Shown here piece after piece: positions 47,265 through 57,337 of a stretch of 64,000 nt of DNA. A program made the translations under genes and the position numbers. The notes under the pieces were generated by a model that ran no database searches, was not told the DNA's origin, and saw only the letters and a program-made list of their open reading frames with translations. The DNA lies in contig VEND01000051.1 in the NCBI GenBank assembly GCA_009711765.1, positions 3,972 to 67,971 of the forward strand. Reading direction: 5' to 3'. This stretch comes from Bacillota bacterium. Its GTDB lineage: Bacteria; Bacillota; Clostridia; Tissierellales; MES13. How positions within the stretch are numbered: position 1 is the stretch's first letter; every line of letters starts with the position of its first letter.

Positions 47265-48419
47265 ATGAAACTTATTAAAGATGTACGTATTATAGATTAT
47301 AAAAAGGATACCTATGGTCATGTATTAATAAGTGATGGTAAAATAAGAAAAATATTTGAAAGTCTAGATAATGTAGAGTTATTAGATACTGAAATAATAG
47401 ATGGAAAAGGATTATGTATTTTACCATCCTTTATAGATATGCATACCCATTTAAGGGATCCAGGATTTGTTTATAAGGAGGATCTTAAAACAGGACAAAA
47501 GGCAGCATTAAAGGGTGGGTACACAACTCTTTGTACAATGGCAAATACAAAACCTGTTTGTGATAATGAAAAAACATTTAAATATATTTTAGATAAAAGT
47601 AAAGATTTAAATTTATGTGACATAATTCAAATTTCAGCATTAACAAAAGGTCAATCGGGAAAAGAAATAGTTAATTTAGAGAGTTTACTTAAATTTACAA
47701 ATCTTTTTTCAGATGATGGTCATACAATTTATGATGAAGAAATTATGAAAGAGGCACTTAAACTATCTAAAAGGCATAATTTTAAAGTGCTAACCCATTG
47801 TCAGCCAGAATATGAAATAGTTGATAGGGATTTAAAATTATTAGAAAAAATAGGTGGGAATCTTCATATATGTCATATAAGCCTTAAAAAGACTATAGAA
47901 AAAATAAAAGAATATAAAGATAAGGGACATAAATTTACATGTGAGGTAACTCCCCATCATATTTTTAAAAGTAATATAGATTATAAAGTAAATCCAAGCT
48001 TTAGAAATAAAGAGGATAAAAAAGCTTTAATAGACGGGATTAAAAATGATTATATAGATGTAATAGCAACAGACCATGCCCCCCATAGTAAAGAGGATAA
48101 AGTTAAAGGCTCTCCAGGAATATCCTTAATAGAAATAGCTTTTTCAATGGCTTTAAAAGTATTTAAAGAAAATAATATTAGCCTAAATAAACTAAGTAAA
48201 TTACTAAGCTATAATCCAGCAAAAATACTAGGATTAAAATCAGGACTTATAAAGGAAGGATACACTGCTAATTTAGTTTTAGTTGATTTAGATGAAGAAT
48301 ATAAAATAGATACATCTACTTTTTTATCAAAGGGAAAAAATAATCCATTTAATAAAGAAACAGTTAATGGAAGAGTAAAAATGACCATAAAAGAAGGAGA
48401 AATTCTTTATAGTCATTAG
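47265..48419 (+). CDS. pyrC: Dihydroorotase
   Basis: DMHTHLRDPG and TDHAPH metal-ligand motifs. Confidence 0.9.
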   Translation: MKLIKDVRIIDYKKDTYGHVLISDGKIRKIFESLDNVELLDTEIIDGKGLCILPSFIDMHTHLRDPGFVYKEDLKTGQKAALKGGYTTLCTMANTKPVCDNEKTFKYILDKSKDLNLCDIIQISALTKGQSGKEIVNLESLLKFTNLFSDDGHTIYDEEIMKEALKLSKRHNFKVLTHCQPEYEIVDRDLKLLEKIGGNLHICHISLKKTIEKIKEYKDKGHKFTCEVTPHHIFKSNIDYKVNPSFRNKEDKKALIDGIKNDYIDVIATDHAPHSKEDKVKGSPGISLIEIAFSMALKVFKENNISLNKLSKLLSYNPAKILGLKSGLIKEGYTANLVLVDLDEEYKIDTSTFLSKGKNNPFNKETVNGRVKMTIKEGEILYSH

Positions 48420-48443
48420 TCTAAAAGTGAAAGGATGTTGTTG

Positions 48444-49301
48444 ATGATTATAGATAGATTATATAAAGAGGCTAAAGAAAATGGACCTATATGTGTAGGA
48501 TTAGATACAAGGTTAGAATATTTACCTGAATATCTATTAAATAAAGATATAAGTAATGAAGAAAAATTATTTGAGTTTAATAAAAAAATTATAGATAAAA
48601 CTTTTGATTTAGTAGCATGTTATAAAGTTCAAATAGCATGTTATGAAGCTTTAGGATTAGAAGGATTAAAGGCGTATCAAAGAACTTTAAAATATATTAG
48701 AAATAAGGGAAAGATAGTTATAGCGGACATAAAAAGAGGTGACATTTCATCAACGGCAGAAATGTATGCTAAGGCTCATTTTGAAGGGGATTTTGAAGCT
48801 GATTTTATAACTGTAAATCCTTATATGGGTAAAGATGCCATAAGTCCTTATTATAAATATTTAAAGACTAACAAAAAGGGAATGTTTGTCTTAATGAGAA
48901 CCTCAAATAAAAGTTCTGAGGACTTTCAAGAATTAGAAGTAGGAAATGAACCACTATATATGGAAGTTTCAAAAAAGATAGATGAGTGGGGTAAAGATTT
49001 TCTAGGAGAAAGTGGATTTAGCCTAGTAGGAGGAGTAGTAGGATTAACATACCCAGAGGAATTTTTAAAAATTAAAAATAAATGTAAAAATACTTTCTTT
49101 TTAATACCAGGTTACGGTGCTCAAGGTGGTACAGGAAAGGATGTAGCCAGGATACTTAAAGAAAAAATGTGTGCTGTAGTAAATTCATCAAGGGGAATTA
49201 TAAAGGCCCATAAAGGAATAAATGAAGATAAAGATTTTAACGAAGTATCTAGACAGAAGGTTCTAGAGATGAAGGAGGACATTTTACAGTGGCTAAGATA
49301 A
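48444..49301 (+). CDS. pyrF: Orotidine 5'-phosphate decarboxylase (type 2, long form)
   Basis: VGLD and ADIKRGDI motifs in a product of about 285 aa. ATG 48444 is preferred over 48435 on SD spacing. Confidence 0.9.
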   Translation: MIIDRLYKEAKENGPICVGLDTRLEYLPEYLLNKDISNEEKLFEFNKKIIDKTFDLVACYKVQIACYEALGLEGLKAYQRTLKYIRNKGKIVIADIKRGDISSTAEMYAKAHFEGDFEADFITVNPYMGKDAISPYYKYLKTNKKGMFVLMRTSNKSSEDFQELEVGNEPLYMEVSKKIDEWGKDFLGESGFSLVGGVVGLTYPEEFLKIKNKCKNTFFLIPGYGAQGGTGKDVARILKEKMCAVVNSSRGIIKAHKGINEDKDFNEVSRQKVLEMKEDILQWLR

Positions 49302-49993
49302 TTTCAAATAAATATTTAGGCCAAGATATACATGTAATGAAAATAGAGGGGAATTTCAAAGGTGAAATGGGACAATTTTACATGGTAAGATCATGGGATA
49401 ATTACCCAGTTCTATCAAGACCTTTAAGTATCCATGACATAGACGATGAAGGAATAAGCTTTTTATATAGAGTAGTAGGGGATGGTACTAAAAACTTTAG
49501 TAAGCTAGAAGTAAATGATGAAATTAAACTAGAAGGCCCTTATGGTAATGGGTTTCCTAAAGTAGAAGGTAAGGTTTTATTAGTTGGTGGAGGAATGGGA
49601 GTTGCACCACTTTATCTTACAGCTAAGAGAGTTAGTAAGTTAGAAGATGTTGAAAAACTTGATGTTTTTATGGGCTTTAGAGAAAAGGAAATGTTAAAGG
49701 GTGAGTATGAAAAATATGCAGACAATGTTCATATAAATGTTGGTGGTATTATTACTGATGATGTAGATGTAGATAAATATGACTATATATTTACCTGTGG
49801 CCCTGAGATAATGATGGAAAAGCTAGTGAAAATGGCTAAGGGTAAAGATACTAAAGTTTATGTATCTATAGAAAAAAGAATGGCCTGCGGTATAGGAGCA
49901 TGCCTTGTATGTACTTGTAAAACTAAAGATGGAAATAAAAAAACATGTAAAGATGGTCCTGTGTTTTTAGGAGAGGATGTTTTTTATGAGTAA
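49289..49993 (+). CDS. pyrK: Dihydroorotate dehydrogenase electron-transfer subunit
   Basis: RPLSI FAD motif, GGGMGVAP, and the C-terminal 2Fe-2S site [14 protein letters not shown] start behind GAAGGAGG. Confidence 0.9.
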   Translation: MAKIISNKYLGQDIHVMKIEGNFKGEMGQFYMVRSWDNYPVLSRPLSIHDIDDEGISFLYRVVGDGTKNFSKLEVNDEIKLEGPYGNGFPKVEGKVLLVGGGMGVAPLYLTAKRVSKLEDVEKLDVFMGFREKEMLKGEYEKYADNVHINVGGIITDDVDVDKYDYIFTCGPEIMMEKLVKMAKGKDTKVYVSIEKRMACGIGACLVCTCKTKDGNKKTCKDGPVFLGEDVFYE

Positions 49994-50888
49994 TTTAGAG
50001 GTTAAATTTAAGGATATAAAATTTAAAAATCCTGTAATAATGGCTTCTGGAACCTTTGGTTTTGGAAGGGAATATAATGAAATTTATGATATAGAAAAAC
50101 TCGGTGGAATAAGTACAAAGGGACTTACAATAAATAAAAAAGAAGGAAATGATGGAATAAGGATTTGGGAAACATCCTCAGGAATTATGAATAGTGTTGG
50201 CCTTGAAAATCCAGGTATCAAAGGTTTTATAGAAAATGATATGAAGTTTTTAAATGATTTAGACTTAGTAACTATAGTTAATATAGGCGGAGCAACACTT
50301 CAAGATTATATCGATGCTGTAAAGCTTATATCAAAGGAAAATGTAGATATCATAGAGCTTAATATATCATGTCCTAATGTGAAGGCTGGAGGAATGGCCT
50401 TTGGTATAGAAAAAGAAAGTGCTAGAAAAATAGTTAGAATTATAAGAAAAACGACTTCTCTTCCATTAGTAGTAAAACTTTCACCAAATGCTAGAAATAT
50501 AGTAGAGATAGCAAAGGTTTGTGAAGAAGAAGGGGCTGATGGAGTATCTTTAGTAAATACTTTTAAAGCCATGGCTATAGATATTAATAAAAGAAAAAAT
50601 ATATTTAATAACACATATGCAGGACTTTCAGGACCTGCAATAAAGCCTATAGCTTTAAGGATGGTTCATGAGGTTTCTAAGGCTGTTAATATTCCTATTA
50701 TGGCTATGGGAGGAATAACAAATTATAAAGATGCTTTAGAGTTTATCATGGCAGGAGCAACCTGTATACATGTTGGTACGGCAAATTTTATAAATCCTAA
50801 GATAGGATTAGAAATTATTAAAGGAATAGATGAATATATGGAAAGAGAAAATATAAAATCCTTAGATGAAATTAGGGGTATAATTTAG
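49986..50888 (+). CDS. pyrD: Dihydroorotate dehydrogenase B catalytic subunit (class 1B)
   Basis: MASGTFG, NISCPN (catalytic Cys) and [13 protein letters not shown]. Confidence 0.95.
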   Translation: MSNLEVKFKDIKFKNPVIMASGTFGFGREYNEIYDIEKLGGISTKGLTINKKEGNDGIRIWETSSGIMNSVGLENPGIKGFIENDMKFLNDLDLVTIVNIGGATLQDYIDAVKLISKENVDIIELNISCPNVKAGGMAFGIEKESARKIVRIIRKTTSLPLVVKLSPNARNIVEIAKVCEEEGADGVSLVNTFKAMAIDINKRKNIFNNTYAGLSGPAIKPIALRMVHEVSKAVNIPIMAMGGITNYKDALEFIMAGATCIHVGTANFINPKIGLEIIKGIDEYMERENIKSLDEIRGII

Positions 50889-50899
50889 GAGGGTGTTAA

Positions 50900-51469
50900 A
50901 TGAGTGAGAAAATAATAAATATATTTAAAAAATCAGGAGCATTATTAGAGGGACATTTCATGTTATCTTCAGGAAAACATAGTAATAGATATGTTCAGTG
51001 TGCTAAGGTATTAAGATTTTCAGATTATGCAGAGGAAGTTTTAAGTGTAGTTTCAGAAAAAGTAAAGGATTTAGATATTGATTTATTAGTAGGACCAGCA
51101 ATGGGAGGAGTTGTTGTATCCTATGAGATGGGAAGACAACTTAAAAAGGAAGCAATATTTGCTGAAAGAAAGAATAAAGAATTAAAGATAAGAAGAGGTT
51201 TTGAAATTAAGAAAGGCCAAAGGGTACTTATAACAGAGGATGTTGTAACAACAGGAAAATCAACCTTAGAGACAAAAGAACTTATTGAAAGCTTAGGAGG
51301 AATTGTTTTAGGAGTTGCTTGTATTGTAGATAGAACGGGAGGAAATATAGATTTAGGTATGCCTATATATAGTACAATAGAACTTGATATTAAGACATAT
51401 GAAAAGGATAATTGTCCTTTATGTAAAGATGGAATACCAGTTGTAAAACCAGGAAGCAGACACAAGTAA
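50900..51469 (+). CDS. pyrE: Orotate phosphoribosyltransferase
   Basis: PRPP-binding motif [13 protein letters not shown] and the GHF.LSSG.HS N-terminus. Confidence 0.9.
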   Translation: MSEKIINIFKKSGALLEGHFMLSSGKHSNRYVQCAKVLRFSDYAEEVLSVVSEKVKDLDIDLLVGPAMGGVVVSYEMGRQLKKEAIFAERKNKELKIRRGFEIKKGQRVLITEDVVTTGKSTLETKELIESLGGIVLGVACIVDRTGGNIDLGMPIYSTIELDIKTYEKDNCPLCKDGIPVVKPGSRHK

Positions 51470-51470
51470 A

Positions 51471-51540
51471 GTTCCCATTTTAAAAAACCCTTCTCTAAAT
51501 GGGAACAACTTTTAATAGGACGGCTAAGCCGTCCTATTAA
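51471..51540. terminator. Two tandem hairpins between convergent pyrE and the GNAT gene
   Basis: gttcccattt..aaatgggaac (51471-51506) and ttaataggacggc-taa-gccgtcctattaa (51512-51540). Confidence 0.65.
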
Positions 51541-51541
51541 T

Positions 51542-52075
51542 TTACCATTCTTTTTTTAACTTACCATATACAACATGGTCAATATATTTTCCATTAAGAA
51601 ATTGATTATCCCTAATAATGCCTTCTTTTTTAAATCCTAGTTTTTCTGGTATGGCTATACTTTTTTTATTATCTAGGGCACAATTTATTTCTATTTTATT
51701 TAAATCAAATTCACTAAATAAATAATCTATTAAAACTTCACATGATTTAGTTATTATACCTTTACCTTGATAATTTTCTATTAGCCAATAACCTATTTCG
51801 GAACTATTTTTCTCATCATCAATATCATGTCCAATTATGCCTACTAACTTATTTTTATACCATATACATAAATGAAATCCTTTATCTGATGCGAATTGTT
51901 CACGGGATTCTTCTATAAAATTTAAAACGTCATCTTTCTTTTTTATATTCTTAACCCATGAAAGATACCTTTTTAGATGATTTCTATTTTGATTAATAAT
52001 AAAATAAAGTTTATCAGAATCATTAAAATCTAAAAGCCTTAGTTTTATGTTTTTATCAACATTTAAATATACCAT
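51542..52075 (-). CDS. GNAT family N-acetyltransferase (RimJ/RimL-like)
   Basis: 177 aa. EIGYWL...QGKGI acetyl-CoA site pattern and IA.PEKLGF.KEG C-terminal pattern. Confidence 0.85.
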   Translation of the reverse strand: MVYLNVDKNIKLRLLDFNDSDKLYFIINQNRNHLKRYLSWVKNIKKKDDVLNFIEESREQFASDKGFHLCIWYKNKLVGIIGHDIDDEKNSSEIGYWLIENYQGKGIITKSCEVLIDYLFSEFDLNKIEINCALDNKKSIAIPEKLGFKKEGIIRDNQFLNGKYIDHVVYGKLKKEW

Positions 52076-52082
52076 ATTGCCT

Positions 52083-52469
52083 CCTTTAATTATATAAACT
52101 ATTGTATAGCCCCCACCCTTACCATTTTTATAATTTACTTTCCCATAGGCACCATTAAAAGTTAACTGAGGTGATAAATGACCTAAATCAATGCCTTATA
52201 TAGGAATGTTTAAATCTTTTAATACATCTATGTAATTAAAGTTCTCAACTAGGTGAAGTACTTATTTATGTTTTTAACTGATTTAGTTTCAATAACATTA
52301 TATCCTAACATAGCTAAATTTTAAAAGCGTTATCAAGCTTTTTACTAAAAACACCTGTAACTCCCATTGAAGGAGCTGTTATTTCTATTGTATCACCTTT
52401 TTTAAATTTCACTGGATATCTAATAAATCTTCCCTTATATTTAATATTAAAGTCTATACTATTACTCAA
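52083..52469 (-). pseudogene. Decayed S66 LD-carboxypeptidase (LdcA/MccF-like) gene remnant
   Basis: Minus-strand fragments: VKFKKGDTIEITAPSMGV (nucleophile-Ser region), a frame-shifted NLAMLGYNVIETKS, then a stop-interrupted DVLKDLNIPI*GIDLGHLSPQLTFNGAYGKV (His region). About 390 nt remain where about 900 nt would be expected. The ORF track shows no intact ORF. Confidence 0.6.
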
Positions 52470-52596
52470 TGTAAATCAAATTTTTTATTATAAACTTATG
52501 TATTTTTTAAGCTTTTTAAATTACAAGTTGCTATTGACTTTTACCTTAGAGGAGAGTGTAAACTTAAATGTATAAAGAAAAGGAGAGGTGAAAGAA

Positions 52597-53325
52597 ATGG
52601 TAAAAGAATTTATTAAAGCTAAAGGCATAAAAAAGACATATGACCATGTAAAAGCAGTTGATAACTTAGATATAACTGTGAATAAAGGTGAGATATTTGG
52701 ATTAATTGGACCAAATGGTGCTGGGAAGTCAACTGCTATTGAATGTATATTAGGAACTAAAAAAAAAGATAGTGGATCGGTTGATATATTAAATATGGAT
52801 CCTATTAATAATCGTAAAAGAGTTTTTGAAGAAATAGGTGTTCAATTTCAAGATAGTTATTATCCAGATAGAATCAAAGTTAAGGAGATGTGTCAACTTG
52901 TAGCGTCGTTATACACTAAATCTATTGACTGGAGGGAAATGCTTAGTAAGTTTGGGTTAAGTGATAAAAGCAAGCAAATGATTTCAGAGCTATCAGGTGG
53001 GGAAAGACAAAAGTTATCAGTTATTTTAGCCTTGCTACATAAACCTAAAATTGTTTTCTTAGATGAACTTACTACAGGACTTGATCCATCAGCTAGGAGA
53101 CAAATGTGGAATTTCCTTAAATCTTTAAATATGCAAGGATTAACTATATTTTTGACGTCACATTATATGGATGAAGTACACTACCTATGTGATAGAATTT
53201 CAATTATTGATAAAGGAAAAATTATTACCACTGGAACTCCTGATGATGTAATTAAAGCAGTAGATGAGGGAAGTCTTGAAGAAGCTTATTTAAAATTAAT
53301 AGCTAAGAAAGGAGAGATACAATGA
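52597..53325 (+). CDS. ABC-2 type exporter ATPase
   Basis: Walker A GPNGAGKST, signature LSGGERQK and Walker B VFLDELTTGLD. ATG 52597 lies behind AAGGAGAGGTG. Confidence 0.85.
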   Translation: MVKEFIKAKGIKKTYDHVKAVDNLDITVNKGEIFGLIGPNGAGKSTAIECILGTKKKDSGSVDILNMDPINNRKRVFEEIGVQFQDSYYPDRIKVKEMCQLVASLYTKSIDWREMLSKFGLSDKSKQMISELSGGERQKLSVILALLHKPKIVFLDELTTGLDPSARRQMWNFLKSLNMQGLTIFLTSHYMDEVHYLCDRISIIDKGKIITTGTPDDVIKAVDEGSLEEAYLKLIAKKGEIQ

Positions 53326-54068
53326 AATCGTTATGGATAATGTTAAAGATTGAATTCAAGTTAGCAATAAGGGAATTTTCAGGTATTTTATTTGGTATAA
53401 TCTTACCCGCAGGGATAATTACATTATTAGGTATTCTATTTGGAGATAAATTAGCCAGTGGAAATGATGGTTACACTATGTTACAACAATCCTTTGCAGC
53501 TGTAATTACTATAGGCATCTGTGCAACTGGATTAATGGGAATTCCTATTACTATATCAAGTTATCGTGAAAAGAAAGTTCTCAAACGTTTTAAGGTGACT
53601 CCAACATCTCCGGTATTACTCCTCATTGCACAATTTTTAAGTAATTTTATTCTAGCAGTAATTTCTTCAGTGCTTGTATTCGTTATAGCTTATTTGTTTT
53701 TTGATTACAAAATGATTGGATCACTTTGGATATTTATAATTATATACTTATTAGTTGTATTATCAATTTATTCAATAGGTATGTTGATAGCTAGTATATC
53801 GAATTCTGTAAAAACATCCAATTTATTATGTAGTTTAGTATATTTCCCAATGTTCTTTTTGTCAGGGGCAACTATACCTTATGAAATTATGCCTAAAGGG
53901 TTACAAAAGTTTGCTGATATCATGCCTTTAACCCAGAGCATCAAAATATTAAAAGGGGTTTCCTTAGGCTCAGAAATTAATGGATATTTACTACAAATTA
54001 TCATTCTTTTAGTTACTACTATTGTTTGTATTATTTTATCTATTAAATTTTTTAGATATGAATATTGA
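53322..54068 (+). CDS. ABC-2 type exporter permease
   Basis: Six-TM protein whose start overlaps the ATPase stop (ATGA). Confidence 0.8.
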   Translation: MKSLWIMLKIEFKLAIREFSGILFGIILPAGIITLLGILFGDKLASGNDGYTMLQQSFAAVITIGICATGLMGIPITISSYREKKVLKRFKVTPTSPVLLLIAQFLSNFILAVISSVLVFVIAYLFFDYKMIGSLWIFIIIYLLVVLSIYSIGMLIASISNSVKTSNLLCSLVYFPMFFLSGATIPYEIMPKGLQKFADIMPLTQSIKILKGVSLGSEINGYLLQIIILLVTTIVCIILSIKFFRYEY

Positions 54069-54387
54069 GTGAAAATACCACAATACTTTCAATAATATTA
54101 CTCGTATACATGATTCTTCGAATCTCTTTAGGATATTTTTAAAAAGATAATAATATATTCTAATTCATTTCTCAACTTTTATATGTATAATGGTATTTTT
54201 CACCCCATTTATTTCTAAAGGTTTTAGTAAATAAATATTGAATGAATATATAATAACAATTATAGGTATGGAATAATAAATGGGATGGGATAACAGATAT
54301 TATGATTAACACATCTTAAAAATCAGAAATTTTATAGTTATATGTATGCTTTAGAGTTCTTTAAAGGATGAATATAGGGGTGAATAT

Positions 54388-55269
54388 ATGGAATATATTA
54401 ATGCAAAAAATATCGTATCAAGTAATGGGTATTTTGGATGGTTTGGAAATAAGTATAATATGAATATCTATAGAGGTTGCAGCCACGGTTGTATTTATTG
54501 TGATTCAAGGAGTAGCTGTTATCAGATTAAGGATTTTGATAAAATAAAGGCTAAAAATAAAGCAATATCCATAATAGAAAAGGAATTAAAAATAAAAAGA
54601 AAAACAGGCATTATAGGCACAGGAGCTATGAGTGATCCTTATAATCCTTATGAAAGAAAATATGAATTTACTAAAAAGTCTTTAAACCTTGTTAATAGAT
54701 ATAAATTTGGAATTAATATAACAACTAAAAGTGATTTAGTTACTAGGGATATAAACATTTTTAAAAAAATAAACATACATTCACCAGTACTAATAGGCAT
54801 TACAATTACTGCTGATAATGATGATATATCTAAAAAAATAGAGCCCTATGCACCATCATCTTCTAAAAGATTTAAAGCTATAAAAATTTTATCTGAAAAT
54901 GGAATATATGTAGGTATTGTTATGACTCCGATACTTCCCTTTATTACGGATACTAAAGAAAATATATACTCTTTAGTAAAAAGAGCAAAGGAATGCAAAG
55001 CTAAGTTTATCTACCCTTACTTTGGAGTAACTTTAAGAAGAGGTCAAAGGGAATATTTTTATCTAAAATTAGATGAATATTTTCCAGGGATGAGAGAAAA
55101 ATACAAAACAACCTATGGTTATAGGTATGAATGCGATTCTTTAAAGAAGGATGAATTATGGAAATATTTTGTTAGTCTGTGTGAAAAATATGATATTAAA
55201 TATAAAATGAATGATATTGTTAAAGAAGCTAAAAATAATATAAAAACTAAACAATTATCATTATTTTAA
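54388..55269 (+). CDS. Radical SAM protein (SplB/COG1533-like)
   Basis: YRGCSHGCIYC is a CxxxCxxC cluster near the N-terminus. Size and layout resemble the spore-photoproduct-lyase-related family. Confidence 0.75.
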   Translation: MEYINAKNIVSSNGYFGWFGNKYNMNIYRGCSHGCIYCDSRSSCYQIKDFDKIKAKNKAISIIEKELKIKRKTGIIGTGAMSDPYNPYERKYEFTKKSLNLVNRYKFGINITTKSDLVTRDINIFKKINIHSPVLIGITITADNDDISKKIEPYAPSSSKRFKAIKILSENGIYVGIVMTPILPFITDTKENIYSLVKRAKECKAKFIYPYFGVTLRRGQREYFYLKLDEYFPGMREKYKTTYGYRYECDSLKKDELWKYFVSLCEKYDIKYKMNDIVKEAKNNIKTKQLSLF

Positions 55270-55297
55270 ATATGTTAAATAAAATTAATATTACTAA

Positions 55298-55337
55298 ATA
55301 AACAAATGCTGACAGTATGTTGTCAGCATTTGTTTAT
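55298..55337 (+). terminator. Intrinsic terminator
   Basis: aataaacaaatgctgaca-gtatgt-tgtcagcatttgtttatt. Confidence 0.85.
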
Positions 55338-55386
55338 TATTATATAAGTAAATAAAAATTGATATTTTTAAAAGTGGGGGATAACT

Positions 55387-56652
55387 ATGAATTTTAGTAT
55401 TTTTAAAAATAAGAATTATTCATTGTTTATATTCGGTCAGGCAACATCATTATTAGGTACAGGATTTTTAAATGTTGCAATGGCTTTATATGTTTTAAAC
55501 ATCACAGGTTCAGCAGGAAAATTTTCATCCATACTAGCTTTAGGTGTAATTCCTAATATAGTTTTAGGGCCAGTAGCTGGAACTATAGTAGATAAAGTTA
55601 ATCGTAAAAAAATGATTATATCAATGGATTTATTAAGGGGCATATTTGCATTAATACTTTTCATATATTCTATATATAACCCAATAAGTATACCTATTGT
55701 ATATGTATTAGTTATATTTTATTCTGTATGTCAGGTATTCTTTTCGCCAGCCTTTGTTACAATTCTTCCTTCTATAGTTAAAAAGGATGAATTAGTTGAT
55801 GCAAATTCAATGCAGAGGACAATAAGTGAAACGATATTTGCTGCTGCCCCATTTTTAGGAGCATTATTTTTTGGATTATATGGGCTTAGCATTATTCTTT
55901 TTATAGATGGTTTAACATATTTAATATCAGGATTTTCTGAAATGTTTATGGAAGTTCCTCTTCTAGAAAGGGAAAAAGAAAAAATACCTTTTGTTAAAGA
56001 GGTTTTAGATGGTTTTAAAGTGTTATTTATTGATATAAGGATAACATCTTTGATATCTAATGGAATATTAACACATTTATTTTTAACACCCTTTGCATTG
56101 GTTGGCTTTCCATATATTATAGTTACAATACTAGGGGGAAAGTCAGTTGACTATGGAATAGTTGAAAGTGTTGCTACTATAGGTTCAATCCTAGCAGTAT
56201 TTGCCGTTGGTTTTTTTAAGAAAAAATATAATATAGCTCAATGTATAAGTATAGGAATATTAGGTATGATAGTCTTTGTAATATCTATGCTTCCTTTATC
56301 TAATCAATACTTTATTAATCTACTTCAAAGAAATTCACTACTTATTGTATTATTTTTTAGTATAACAATATTTATAGTATATATATCCTTTGGATTTTAT
56401 GGTGTTTTTTATGTAACTTTTTATCAAACAACTATTCCTAAAAATAAACTTGGTAGATATGTTTCAGTGCAGGCATTATTCTTTTCTTTAGCTAGATTAT
56501 TAGGGTTTAAATTCTATGGATATATGTTAGATAATTTTAGTTTGATTTTTCCAATCATAATTTTAGGTATAGGAATGTCATTAAAGGTAGTTGTTCATAT
56601 ACCTTTTATTAAGGAAACTAATAAATTAGAAACAGTTAATGCTAGGAAGTAA
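55387..56652 (+). CDS. MFS transporter
   Basis: 12 predicted TM helices and the G.IVDK.NRKKM motif-A-like loop between TM2 and TM3. Confidence 0.85.
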   Translation: MNFSIFKNKNYSLFIFGQATSLLGTGFLNVAMALYVLNITGSAGKFSSILALGVIPNIVLGPVAGTIVDKVNRKKMIISMDLLRGIFALILFIYSIYNPISIPIVYVLVIFYSVCQVFFSPAFVTILPSIVKKDELVDANSMQRTISETIFAAAPFLGALFFGLYGLSIILFIDGLTYLISGFSEMFMEVPLLEREKEKIPFVKEVLDGFKVLFIDIRITSLISNGILTHLFLTPFALVGFPYIIVTILGGKSVDYGIVESVATIGSILAVFAVGFFKKKYNIAQCISIGILGMIVFVISMLPLSNQYFINLLQRNSLLIVLFFSITIFIVYISFGFYGVFYVTFYQTTIPKNKLGRYVSVQALFFSLARLLGFKFYGYMLDNFSLIFPIIILGIGMSLKVVVHIPFIKETNKLETVNARK

Positions 56653-56671
56653 AGGCTAAAGGGGGAGTTTT

Positions 56672-57283
56672 ATGGATAAGATTATTAAAGCAGTTCCATT
56701 GTACACATTTGTTAAGTTTTGTAATGAAAGTTCCTTAAAAAAGGAGGTATTAGATTTAGGAGCCGGGGGAGATTTTCCGCCACTATATCTTTTTTATAAT
56801 CAAGGATATAAAACAAAGGGGATAGATATTTCAAAGCTACAGGTTGATAAAGCTAAAAGATTTTCTAAAAAAAATAATATGGAGTTAAATATCATTAAAG
56901 GTGATATGAGAGAATTACCCTTTAAGGATGAATCAATTAGTTTTATATATTCCTATAATTCAATTTTTCATTTAACAAAGGAAGATACATTAAAGGCAAT
57001 AAATGAAATAAAAAGGGTATTAAAAAAAGATGGATTATGTTTTGTAAACTTTATATCAGTGGATGATGGAGGATATGGAAAAGGAAAAGAGCTTAATAAA
57101 GGGGAATTTATACAATATGAACTTGGAAATAAGGTAGTTCATTCATATTATAAAGATAAAGAGCCGGAAAAGTATTTTTATGATTTAAAAATAGTTTATA
57201 AACAGAAAAGAATTATTAATAGAGAACATAAGGGTGAAATTTATAATCTTGCATATTTAGATTATATTGTAAAAAAAGTATAA
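56672..57283 (+). CDS. Class I SAM-dependent methyltransferase
   Basis: Motif I VLDLGAGGD, post-I KGIDIS and motif II/III FIYSYNSIFHL. Confidence 0.8.
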   Translation: MDKIIKAVPLYTFVKFCNESSLKKEVLDLGAGGDFPPLYLFYNQGYKTKGIDISKLQVDKAKRFSKKNNMELNIIKGDMRELPFKDESISFIYSYNSIFHLTKEDTLKAINEIKRVLKKDGLCFVNFISVDDGGYGKGKELNKGEFIQYELGNKVVHSYYKDKEPEKYFYDLKIVYKQKRIINREHKGEIYNLAYLDYIVKKV

Positions 57284-57337
57284 TTTTCAAAGGGATTATT
57301 TAGAAAGTATATAATTATACCTTAAGGGGTGATTTAT

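Noticed and set aside
54069-54387. 319-nt gap before the radical SAM gene, examined for gene remnants or RNA genes.
   Set aside because: No reading-frame fragments with recognisable motifs and no notable repeats or hairpins were seen.
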